Assembly: GCA_949284685.1 (NCBI GenBank)
Contig: CASDWE010000003.1
Location: forward strand, 52,870-116,869
Source: an uncultured bacterium
GTDB lineage: Bacteria; Bacillota_I; Bacilli_A; RFN20; CAG-826
DNA: 64,000 nt
Direction: 5' to 3'
Shown: piece by piece, positions 31,938-40,916 of the stretch
Position numbering within the stretch: the stretch's first letter is position 1
Layout: each line of letters opens with the position of its first letter
Translations under genes and position numbers: made by a program
Notes under the pieces: model-generated
Seen by the model: the letters and a program-made list of their open reading frames with translations, nothing else
Database searches by the model: none
Told to the model about the DNA's origin: nothing

Positions 31938-32884
31938 AATATGTAGTCAGAATAATCTTCAGTAATACCTAATATTTCAAAAAATTTATTAATATCTAAA
32001 TTATTTTCCTCTAGTAAAGCAAATCCATTAGGAGTGTCTTGACTACTTTGAACTTTATACGCAATGTTTGAATTAAAACCAAATAATTTTTGTTGATCTT
32101 CTAAACTTAATTGTTCATCCATTGTTTGTTTCATATGTAAAGGATCATTTATGCATGTATCGATTCTTTCATCGATTAAGGCCATTTGTTCATCAAAATA
32201 TCCTTTGTGTTCATTATAATAATTCATATTAACAAATAATCCAGCTTGAGGAATTCCAGACTGTCCTGTTTCTTCTTCCCACATATCTTTAAATGAAGCA
32301 ATAACTGTTAAGTGATTATATGTTGCAGCTTTTTCATTTTCCATAATTGTTGACAAAACTGGTTGTGCTACAACAACATAATCAACTTTTTCTCCTTCAT
32401 ACATTCCTGATGCTAAAATAGCACCAGCTTCTGACGTACTAGCAACATATGAAGTATTATCGATTATATCTTGATTTTCTCTATATAAATATTTAAAAGC
32501 TAAATCTGGTATAAGTCCCTCACCAAAAGAAACGATTTTATCCTGACTTGTTGGCTGATTTGTTTTATCGATTCCGACTAAATATAAATTACCACCAGTA
32601 ATTATTCTAGCTAATTTATAATGACCATTGTTTGCTTTTAAGTTTTTTAAACCATTATAAAAATCAAAAACAACCATTCCATAGTCATCAGTAGATAATT
32701 GCGCTAACACATTAGCAGGTGTTTGATTAGTTTCAAATGTGCCACTTGTTCCTTGATCATAAAACGCAATTGCTGGTGCACCTGATGGCGATATTGTTTT
32801 CATATATGGCAAGATTTCTTTTGGTGTACATCCAACCAATAAACTAGTTAAAACTGCAAATCCTAAAATAACATTTTTTTTCAT
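31934..32884 (-). CDS. ABC transporter substrate-binding lipoprotein (SsuA/NMT1-like)
   Basis: Likely start MKKNVILG with lipobox LLVGC; PSGAPA, IPQAGLFV; adjacent permease. Confidence 0.72.
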   Translation of the reverse strand: MKKNVILGFAVLTSLLVGCTPKEILPYMKTISPSGAPAIAFYDQGTSGTFETNQTPANVLAQLSTDDYGMVVFDFYNGLKNLKANNGHYKLARIITGGNLYLVGIDKTNQPTSQDKIVSFGEGLIPDLAFKYLYRENQDIIDNTSYVASTSEAGAILASGMYEGEKVDYVVVAQPVLSTIMENEKAATYNHLTVIASFKDMWEEETGQSGIPQAGLFVNMNYYNEHKGYFDEQMALIDERIDTCINDPLHMKQTMDEQLSLEDQQKLFGFNSNIAYKVQSSQDTPNGFALLEENNLDINKFFEILGITEDYSDYIL

Positions 32885-32894
32885 AATACCTTCT

Positions 32895-34106
32895 TTAAAA
32901 TAATTCTTTAATAACGCTACCAATTAAATTATTTGGCTTTTCTAATTTAAAATTATATAGAATAGTCGCACCTATATCAGCGAAAGAATTTCTTTTATCT
33001 AACATTTTTCCATTATCAAATAATTTACTATACATTAATAATGGAACTCGTTCTCTAGTGTGATCAGTGCCATGCCAAGTTGGATCGTTTCCATGATCAG
33101 CAGTAATGATCAAAAGGTCATCTTGTCGCAAATCTTTCAATAATGAATTTAATTTGACATCAAACTGTTCGATGGCTTTTCCATAGCCAAGAGGATTTCG
33201 CCTATGGCCAAATTCAGAATCGAATTCAACAAGATTAACAAAACATAAGCCAAGATTAAAATTAGAATTATTAACTTCGTTTTGTGTGATATCCATACCA
33301 TTATCATTTGAAATAGTTTTTTGTGTTTTTGTTACACCATATCCATCAAATATATCGCCAATTTTTCCCACACAACTAACCATTATTCCATTGTCATCTA
33401 AAATATTCATAACAGTTTTATGAGGTGGCTTTAAAGCTAAATCGTGACGGTTCGGCGTGCGTTTGAAATTATCTTTGTTTGTACCAACAAAAGGTCTTGC
33501 GATAACTCTTCCAACACGATATTTACTTTGCATGCATAATTTTCTAGCAATTTCGCAACAACGATAAAGTTCTTCTAAACCTGTAACTTCTTCATGTGCG
33601 GCAATTTGCAAGACTGAATCAGCACTTGTATAAACAATTAAAGAATTTTCTTTCATTTGTTGCTCGCCAAGTTCTTTAATAATTTCTGTTCCGCTGGCGG
33701 CAATATTTCCAATAATTTTATGACCAGTTTCTTTTTCAAGTTCATCAATTAATTCTTTTGGAAAACCTGTCTCGGTAAATGTAACAAATGGCTCGACAGT
33801 TTTAATTCCCATCATTTCCCAATGGCCAGTCATTGTATCTTTTCCAACACTTTCTTCTTGTGCTTTGCAAACAAAACTATTTGGATGTTCTACTTTATTG
33901 GTGCCTTGAATATTATCTAAATCACCTAACCCTAAACTATTTAAAGTTGGAATATTAAGACCATGACATTCATTAGAAATGTGGACTAAGGTGTTTGCAC
34001 CTTCATCGTTATATTGATAAGAAGTTTCATCATAACCAATACCGACACTGTCCATAACAATGACGAATACTCTTTTAAATTTTTTAAAGCGTTCAGCGTT
34101 ATTCAT
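32895..34106 (-). CDS. deoB: Phosphopentomutase
   Basis: [38 protein letters not shown]. Confidence 0.97.
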   Translation of the reverse strand: MNNAERFKKFKRVFVIVMDSVGIGYDETSYQYNDEGANTLVHISNECHGLNIPTLNSLGLGDLDNIQGTNKVEHPNSFVCKAQEESVGKDTMTGHWEMMGIKTVEPFVTFTETGFPKELIDELEKETGHKIIGNIAASGTEIIKELGEQQMKENSLIVYTSADSVLQIAAHEEVTGLEELYRCCEIARKLCMQSKYRVGRVIARPFVGTNKDNFKRTPNRHDLALKPPHKTVMNILDDNGIMVSCVGKIGDIFDGYGVTKTQKTISNDNGMDITQNEVNNSNFNLGLCFVNLVEFDSEFGHRRNPLGYGKAIEQFDVKLNSLLKDLRQDDLLIITADHGNDPTWHGTDHTRERVPLLMYSKLFDNGKMLDKRNSFADIGATILYNFKLEKPNNLIGSVIKELF

Positions 34107-34161
34107 TTTTTACCTCCGTATTTATAATAGTGAATTTCATCTATATATTCTATGAATATGC

Positions 34162-35043
34162 TCAGTTATTTTTCATAAAAGAATCATAGGCAGAAATAAT
34201 TCTTTTAGATGACACGTGCGTGTAGATTTGTGTGGTGGCAATATTAGTGTGTCCTAACATTTCTTGAACTATTCTTAAATCCGCACCATTTTCTAACATG
34301 TGTGTCGCAAAGCAATGTCTTAAAGTATGAGGAGAAATATTTTCTTTAATTCCTGCTAATAAAGCATACTTTTTTATTCTTTTGAAAAAATATTGTCTAG
34401 ACAAAGGCTCACCATATTTACTCAAAAATAAATATTCAGATTTTGCTTTAACATTTTTGCTTCTCACATCGTTTATATATTTTATCACAAATTCACTAGC
34501 AAATTCTCCAAAAGGAACTTTTCTTTGTTTTTTACCTTTTCCCATTACTGTTACAATGTTTTCTTTTAAATCAATATCACCTTTTTTAAGATTCAATAAT
34601 TCGCTGACACGTAAACCGCTTGCGTACATCATTTCAAGCATAGCTTTATCTCTTATTTCGTCATCTTTTTCTAAATTTGGTGCATCCAACAAAGCTTCTA
34701 CTTCCTCAAATGAAATTAAAGTTGGAAGATGAAAAGGCTTTTTTGGTGCATCAACTTCTTCAATAGGTATATTTAATATTTCTTCTTTAACTAAAAACAT
34801 AAAAAATCCTTTTAAAGATGATAATCTTCGCAGTGCTGTAGTGACACTTTTTTTGTTTTCTAATTGGAATTTTAAAAATTCTGATAAATCATCTTCTTCA
34901 ATTTCGTTTGTATCAGTTATTTTTTTAAAAACATCGGTGTACAAATTAATATCTTCTAAATAAGCTTTGCAAGTCAAAATCGAGAGACCTTTTTCCGCTA
35001 AAAGATATTGATAATAATTATCTATTGCGTCTTTTATGTCCAT
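34162..35043 (-). CDS. xerD: Site-specific tyrosine recombinase XerD-like
   Basis: YASGLRVSEL, GKGKKQR, HTLRHCFATH, LGH..IATTQIYT; 3.7 kb from dif. Confidence 0.88.
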   Translation of the reverse strand: MDIKDAIDNYYQYLLAEKGLSILTCKAYLEDINLYTDVFKKITDTNEIEEDDLSEFLKFQLENKKSVTTALRRLSSLKGFFMFLVKEEILNIPIEEVDAPKKPFHLPTLISFEEVEALLDAPNLEKDDEIRDKAMLEMMYASGLRVSELLNLKKGDIDLKENIVTVMGKGKKQRKVPFGEFASEFVIKYINDVRSKNVKAKSEYLFLSKYGEPLSRQYFFKRIKKYALLAGIKENISPHTLRHCFATHMLENGADLRIVQEMLGHTNIATTQIYTHVSSKRIISAYDSFMKNN

Positions 35044-36229
35044 TGTCTTTCTCCTTTATAGCGTCTATAGCTCTAAATAACATTGGCTTTGATAAATGCC
35101 GATTTAATTCATTAATGAGCAATTTTGTTTGTGATTGTTTAATACCTTCTTCGTAATCATAAAAAGTCATTTGAACAGCAACATCTTTAATATCGACAAA
35201 ATGAGAAACACCAACTCCAATTAGTCTTATTAAACGATTGTCATAAAATTTGTCCAGTAGATCTAAACAAACATCAAAAATAGTATCTTCATCACTAATT
35301 GGCTTATCTAATGTAATTGATTTACTTTTGCTAATAAAATCAGTATCTTTGATGACTAATGTAATTGTTTTTGCTAATTTATTTTCTTTTTTTAATCGAT
35401 AGGTAACATCTTTTGATAAATTTTTAATAACGCTCCTCATTTCCATATACTCATTTGTGTCATATTTTAAAGTAGTCGATGTTTGAATTGATTTTGGATT
35501 TCTTTCCTCATCAAAATTAATTTCGTCATCACCTTCGCCATTAAGCCATTTTTCGATTGTAAAATAAAATTTACCCAAAATATTTCTGACATCTTCATCA
35601 TTATTTTTTATTTTATTTGCTAAATCTCCAATAGTTTGTATCCCTAAATCAATAAGTCTTGGTGACGTTTTCCTTCCTATGCCATACATAGAAGATAAAT
35701 CTAATGGATAAATAATATTTCTAAAATCTTTTTTTCTTAAAATAGTAATTCCATTTGGCTTTTTATAATCAGAACCCATTTTGGCAAGAAATTTGTTTGT
35801 CGATACCCCAATTGAACAATATAATTTAGTTTTATCATATAATTTCTTTTGAAAATTTTTAAAAAAATCAATCGGATTTTTAACATCTTTTAAAACATCG
35901 CTAAAATCAGCGTAACATTCATCAATTGATGCCACTTCTACTTTTTTGGTATATGATTTAACATACAAGATAAACTCTCGCGACATCAAACTATAAAAAT
36001 CAAAATCAGCAGGTTTAATAATTAAATCTGGACATAAAGTTGTTGCTTGAAACATCGGCATACCGCTTCGCACACCATATTTTCTCGCGGCATAAGAACA
36101 CGTAGATACGATTCCAGCACGTCCTTGATGACCAACCGCGACCGGTTTATTAATTAAAGTAGGATCTTTGATTTCTTCACAACGGACAAAGAAATAATTT
36201 AAATCAATATGAACAATAATTTTTGCCAT
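35018..36229 (-). CDS. dinB: DNA polymerase IV
   Basis: HIDLNYFF, SYAARKYGV, SIDECY, KPNG. Confidence 0.95.
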   Translation of the reverse strand: MAKIIVHIDLNYFFVRCEEIKDPTLINKPVAVGHQGRAGIVSTCSYAARKYGVRSGMPMFQATTLCPDLIIKPADFDFYSLMSREFILYVKSYTKKVEVASIDECYADFSDVLKDVKNPIDFFKNFQKKLYDKTKLYCSIGVSTNKFLAKMGSDYKKPNGITILRKKDFRNIIYPLDLSSMYGIGRKTSPRLIDLGIQTIGDLANKIKNNDEDVRNILGKFYFTIEKWLNGEGDDEINFDEERNPKSIQTSTTLKYDTNEYMEMRSVIKNLSKDVTYRLKKENKLAKTITLVIKDTDFISKSKSITLDKPISDEDTIFDVCLDLLDKFYDNRLIRLIGVGVSHFVDIKDVAVQMTFYDYEEGIKQSQTKLLINELNRHLSKPMLFRAIDAIKEKDNGHKRRNR

Positions 36230-36245
36230 GTTTAGATTATATCAT

Positions 36246-36257
36246 ATTATGTTAACC
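36246..36257 (+). promoter_or_regulatory. XerD-arm-like site in the dinB-xerD promoter region
   Basis: ATTATGTTAACC; extended identity to the dif right arm and flank; next to minus-strand TGATATAAT extended -10. Confidence 0.6.
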
Positions 36258-36262
36258 AAATG

Positions 36263-38119
36263 TTATTTTTTTACTAAATAATCAAAAACATTATTTGGTA
36301 AGATATTTGATATTTCCAATTGTTCTTTAAATGCCATGTGCGGATAATAAAAATCATCGATGGCAAAAATTTTAATAATTCCTTTATAATTATTTTCAAT
36401 TAATAAATTTTCTAAATGAAGTGCAAATCCTGATTTATTAGCGTAAGGATCATAAATAACAATTTCATTATACTTAAGCAATTGGTTAACATAATCTTTA
36501 TGTATTGGTTTTAAATAGCAAGCATCATAATAATCAATGCTTAAATTGTTATCCTTAATTAATTTGAATAATTCATAACCCAAATTACCAACTCCAATAA
36601 CGCAAATTCTTGAATCTGAATTCAAATTTAATAAGTGCCAATCTAAAAAATTGGTTTTTGGATATTTTAAAATATCATTTGCTTCATCTTTTGGATAGCG
36701 AATGACAAACAAGCCATGATTGTTGATTGATTCTTTTAATAAATCAAGGCAAGTTTTCTTATTATTTGCCATTGTAATAACAGAATTTGGTAAATCATAA
36801 ATAAAAGATTCATCAAAACTTCCTTGATGAGTTTCACCATCAAAACCACCAGTACCAGCACGATCCACTAATAAAGTAATATTAACATTCATTCTAGCAA
36901 TATCGTGATTTAATTGATCGTATGCTCTTTGTAAAAATGTAGAATACATCGAAACAATTGGATGAAATCCTTCCAAAGCTAATCCTAAAGCCATCGTTAT
37001 AGCGTGTTCTTCACAAATTCCAACATCAAATGTTCTATTTGGAAAATCTTCATATATTTTTTCTAAACAAGATCCTTTCATTGTCGCTGGTGTTATCAAG
37101 ACAATTTTTTCATTATCTTTCATTAATTGGTAAACTCCATCGGCGTATACTTTTGAATAAGTTTCGTTATTTGAAACAAAAAGAGGTTTTCCAGTAGAAA
37201 TATTAAATGGTTCGACACCATGCCATGAACCAGAATTATCAATTTCACTATATTTATATCCTTTTCCTTTTTTTGTCTTAAGGTGAACCACACAAGGTTT
37301 GTTCATTTTTTTGGCCTTTTTAAATATTTTTTCCATTTTTTTAATATTATGGCCATCGCATGGACCAAAATATTTTAATGATAAATTATCAAAAATGGTT
37401 GATGGAATAAGCATTTTGGCAATTTTATTTTTAATAGCCGAAGTAAAAATATAAATCTTTTTACCTACTTTTGTTTTTTGCATAAACGTTTTATAGCGTG
37501 TCTTAGCACTCATATAGGAAGTGGAATTAGAAATTTTCCTAAATAAATTGCCGAGTCCGCCTATTGATTTTGAAATAGACATTTCATTATCGTTTAATAC
37601 AATAATCAATTTATGCTGATTGAAAGATAAATTATTTAAACCTTCAAACGCTAATCCATTTGCAATACTCGCATCGCCAATAAAAGCGATAATGTTATAA
37701 TCTTCTTTTTTTAAATCTCGTCCAATGGCCATACCATAGGCAGCGCTTATTGATGTTGAAGAATGCCCTGCTTCAAAAACATCATATTTAGATTCGCTTC
37801 GTTTTTGAAAACCGCTTACACCATCCTTATGGCGTAGATTAGATAAATCTCTACCTGTTAATATTTTATATGTATAGCTTTGATGTCCAACATCAAATAA
37901 TATTTTGTCTTTATTAAAATCAAAAACGCGACATAATGCAATGCTTACATCAATTACTCCCAAATTGCTGGAAAGATGGCCACCATTTTTTGCTACAGTT
38001 TCTATGATATATTGTGTGATTTTATCTTTAAGAAGTAAAATTTCATCATACGTTAATTCTTTAACAAAATTTGGATTTGTAATTTTTGATATATCAATGT
38101 TGTGAATTTCTTTTTTCAT
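36263..38119 (-). CDS. dxs: 1-deoxy-D-xylulose-5-phosphate synthase
   Basis: GGHLSSNLG, DVGHQSY, GHSSTSIS, GDA..LNDN, YSTFLQRAYDQ. Confidence 0.97.
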   Translation of the reverse strand: MKKEIHNIDISKITNPNFVKELTYDEILLLKDKITQYIIETVAKNGGHLSSNLGVIDVSIALCRVFDFNKDKILFDVGHQSYTYKILTGRDLSNLRHKDGVSGFQKRSESKYDVFEAGHSSTSISAAYGMAIGRDLKKEDYNIIAFIGDASIANGLAFEGLNNLSFNQHKLIIVLNDNEMSISKSIGGLGNLFRKISNSTSYMSAKTRYKTFMQKTKVGKKIYIFTSAIKNKIAKMLIPSTIFDNLSLKYFGPCDGHNIKKMEKIFKKAKKMNKPCVVHLKTKKGKGYKYSEIDNSGSWHGVEPFNISTGKPLFVSNNETYSKVYADGVYQLMKDNEKIVLITPATMKGSCLEKIYEDFPNRTFDVGICEEHAITMALGLALEGFHPIVSMYSTFLQRAYDQLNHDIARMNVNITLLVDRAGTGGFDGETHQGSFDESFIYDLPNSVITMANNKKTCLDLLKESINNHGLFVIRYPKDEANDILKYPKTNFLDWHLLNLNSDSRICVIGVGNLGYELFKLIKDNNLSIDYYDACYLKPIHKDYVNQLLKYNEIVIYDPYANKSGFALHLENLLIENNYKGIIKIFAIDDFYYPHMAFKEQLEISNILPNNVFDYLVKK

Positions 38120-38146
38120 ACTAAAAATTAACTAAATTTCCACTAA
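38120..38146 (+). repeat. Triple ACTAA array with 11-bp period (site C), filling the whole xseB-dxs gap
   Basis: ACTAAaaatta ACTAAatttcc ACTAA. Confidence 0.75.
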
Positions 38147-38335
38147 TTACTCAATTATTTTCTCTATTTTCTCTTTTACATTTTTTAAAGCATCCTGAAT
38201 GTTGTCGATGATAATTTTAGCGTCTTCATATAATTTAATGCTCTCATCGATGCTTGTATTTTCATCGTTAATTTTCTCTAATATTTCTTTTAATTTATTC
38301 AACGATTGCTCAAAATCAATATTTTTATTTTCCAT
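38147..38335 (-). CDS. xseB: Exodeoxyribonuclease VII small subunit
   Basis: FEQSL..L..I....SIDESIKLYE; follows xseA. Confidence 0.92.
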   Translation of the reverse strand: MENKNIDFEQSLNKLKEILEKINDENTSIDESIKLYEDAKIIIDNIQDALKNVKEKIEKIIE

Positions 38336-39476
38336 TTTTTATTACCTCCAAAATAGTGCTTTTGATTGTACCGTCACTTATTGTAGTAAAAATTATATCA
38401 CCTTTATTAACGTCTCCACATGATTTAACTACACTTTTTTTATCTTCTTTTCGCGTTAATGAATATCCTCTTTTTAATATATTTAAGGGATTTAAATCAT
38501 TTAAACGATTATTATATAGTTCAATTTGCTTTATTAAATTTTCCAATTTAATTTTTATACTTTTGTGTAAATTATCTTTTAGATAATTGTAATCCGTCAT
38601 AAAACTATTCAATTTGTTTTTAATTTGATTTTTCATTTCATTTTCATAACTATTACAAATTTGTTTTATTTCTCTTATATCGATAGTTGCTAATTCAGCG
38701 GCGCCTGTAGGTGTTGACGCTCTTTTATCAGCGATATAATCGATTAAAGTCAAATCTATTTCGTGTCCAACGGCACTTATAATAGGACATTTGCTATTTG
38801 ATAATGCAATTATTAGCGTTTCATCATTGAAAGCACTTAAATCTTCACTTGATCCACCGCCACGTCCAATAATTAAAGTATCAATATCGTATTCTTGCGA
38901 CTTAAAATATGCTTTTAATATTTCTTTAGCGGCCCCATCACCTTGAACTTGACAAGGGAAAACATAAATATCACAAAACGGATATCTTCGTTTTAAATTA
39001 ACAATAATATCTTTTAAAGCTGCACTATTTTTAGCGCTTATCACACCAATTGCTTTTGGAAATATATTTATTGGGCGCTTTCTTTTTTCATCAAACAGCC
39101 CCATTTTATATAATTTTTGTTTTAATTCTTCAAATTGCAATAGCTTGTTTCCCAGTCCTTGATTTATAACATTATATACTTTTAATGAATAACTTCCCCG
39201 ACCAGTAAAAACACTAATTGCACCATATAAAATAACTTTATCACCAGTTTTAATCTCAAATTTTAATTTTTGATAATTGTTTTTAAATAATACACAGTTT
39301 ATTGATGCATTTTTTTCGACGTCTAACAAAGAAAAATAATAAACGCCATTGCTGGCTAATTTAAAATTGCTTACTTCGCCTTGAACAAGTATAGATTGTA
39401 AATTTTCATCTTCTTCTAAGCGTGATTTTATATAATCATTTAATTGACTAACACTAGGTATATCAGCATAATCCAT
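38325..39476 (-). CDS. xseA: Exodeoxyribonuclease VII large subunit
   Basis: GEVSNF, RGGGS.EDL, SAVGHE.D, TPTGAAE. Confidence 0.97.
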   Translation of the reverse strand: MDYADIPSVSQLNDYIKSRLEEDENLQSILVQGEVSNFKLASNGVYYFSLLDVEKNASINCVLFKNNYQKLKFEIKTGDKVILYGAISVFTGRGSYSLKVYNVINQGLGNKLLQFEELKQKLYKMGLFDEKRKRPINIFPKAIGVISAKNSAALKDIIVNLKRRYPFCDIYVFPCQVQGDGAAKEILKAYFKSQEYDIDTLIIGRGGGSSEDLSAFNDETLIIALSNSKCPIISAVGHEIDLTLIDYIADKRASTPTGAAELATIDIREIKQICNSYENEMKNQIKNKLNSFMTDYNYLKDNLHKSIKIKLENLIKQIELYNNRLNDLNPLNILKRGYSLTRKEDKKSVVKSCGDVNKGDIIFTTISDGTIKSTILEVIKNGK

Positions 39477-39889
39477 TATAAAAGATTCTCCAATATTCCA
39501 TTTACAAAGCGATAATTATTTTTATCTAAAAAAGTTTTAGCTTGTTTAATAGCAACATTTATAATTATTTTACGATCGGTTTTTTCAATATAATGATAAT
39601 GTGCATACGCTAAAAAAAGAATAGCTTGCATGATTTTAGAAAGTCGATTAAAAGACCAATCTCTTAAATATTTTGTAATATTTTCTTTAATTTCATCTTT
39701 ATGTGCAATCGCACTTACCACTACACGCCTAACATAAAGGTCAACCTCATCAAAAGGTTCATCCAAGTTATCACTTATTAATTCTTTGATATCATATTTT
39801 AAATTCATTTCATCATAGCAAAGACATTGATAAATTATAATCATTGCAATATTTTGAGCTTTATTTCTTGTCATCAACATTTTCTTCAA
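39476..39889 (-). CDS. nusB: Transcription antitermination factor NusB
   Basis: DWSFNRL, IIINVAI..AK, FVNGIL; asp23..nusB-xseA synteny; real start may be a few codons downstream. Confidence 0.85.
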   Translation of the reverse strand: MKKMLMTRNKAQNIAMIIIYQCLCYDEMNLKYDIKELISDNLDEPFDEVDLYVRRVVVSAIAHKDEIKENITKYLRDWSFNRLSKIMQAILFLAYAHYHYIEKTDRKIIINVAIKQAKTFLDKNNYRFVNGILENLL

Positions 39890-40538
39890 CCTTTGTTATT
39901 TTATCACTTTCAGCGGTGTTTTGCTTATAAATTTTTTCAATTGCGAAAAGATGATAATATTCATAAATAGAAATTATTAAAAAGAACCAAATTATTACAT
40001 GTAAACCGAGCATTATCCAAAGATATTCGCTAGCTTCGCCTATTAAGTAACACGCTACAATCATAATTGTATCAACTAAATAAAAAATAATTTGTCCATA
40101 AAAAGCAATCTTTTTGCCCTGACTAGCGTAAATTCCAGCTAAAATCGCTAAGGAAGAAAAAATAAGACTAATGGCCATGATTATGACAATAAACCAAACA
40201 AAATCTAAAGATGGATCTCCTAAACGATAAAAAGTAAGCATTTCAAAAATGCGAAACAAAAATGAATTGCTAGAAAAACAAAATGCATATTGATAAGTTG
40301 AAAAACTTAAACTATTTCCTAATAGTGTTCCTTCAATAAAAGTTGCAGGTGAAATTTGTTGAGTCGCATTTTGTATTAAACCAATCATCAAACCAAAAAT
40401 ATTAAAAACACCTGCCCAAATCATTATCCGTGAAGATTTTTGATAAGAACGCAAAGCTTTATTATGAGCTTGAGCGTAGGTCAGAACTTTTTTACTTTTC
40501 TTTTTTTTGACTTGCTTTTTGCTCATTTGTCTTTTCAA
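39861..40538 (-). CDS. Hypothetical multi-pass membrane protein
   Basis: Basic N-terminus, about 4 hydrophobic helices. Confidence 0.65.
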   Translation of the reverse strand: MKRQMSKKQVKKKKSKKVLTYAQAHNKALRSYQKSSRIMIWAGVFNIFGLMIGLIQNATQQISPATFIEGTLLGNSLSFSTYQYAFCFSSNSFLFRIFEMLTFYRLGDPSLDFVWFIVIIMAISLIFSSLAILAGIYASQGKKIAFYGQIIFYLVDTIMIVACYLIGEASEYLWIMLGLHVIIWFFLIISIYEYYHLFAIEKIYKQNTAESDKITKVEENVDDKK

Positions 40539-40863
40539 TTTTTATTTCAATATCAAAAGGAACTTGCTCAGTAGCTTCATTTAACGCTAAATGAATTTCT
40601 TTTTCTAATAATTGTTTTACTTCATCTTTATCGACGTTTGAATTTATTTCAATCGCTAACCAAACATGAACAACGCCATTTCTAATTGTTATTTTAATTG
40701 GTCTATTTAGACGAAAACGTTGATCTTTTTTTAATTGTCGACTACTTTTTGCAACTCCTGGCACATTTAAAATAGCTTCATTTACAAGATTTTCAAAAGC
40801 TAAATATGAAATGCCAATTTTTCCTTTATTTGTTAAGTTATCTATAAAAACATAATCCGCCAT
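40492..40863 (-). CDS. Asp23/Gls24 family protein
   Basis: GKIGIS..AFE.LV..A...VPGV; position upstream of nusB. Confidence 0.75.
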   Translation of the reverse strand: MADYVFIDNLTNKGKIGISYLAFENLVNEAILNVPGVAKSSRQLKKDQRFRLNRPIKITIRNGVVHVWLAIEINSNVDKDEVKQLLEKEIHLALNEATEQVPFDIEIKIEKTNEQKASQKKEK

Positions 40864-40916
40864 AAGTAAACCTCAGTTTAATTATTATATTTAAACACAA
40901 AAATTTCCACAACTAA

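Noticed and set aside
34118-34153. Degenerate regulon motif before deoB (ATAG-N19-CTATTATAAATA, minus strand)
   Set aside because: Too many mismatches for an AT-rich spacer
30554-36229. Prophage or integrative element at dif (recombinase, toxin, dinB)
   Set aside because: Recombinase is XerD-type among housekeeping genes; no phage, replication or conjugation genes; the second dif-like copy lacks a XerC arm
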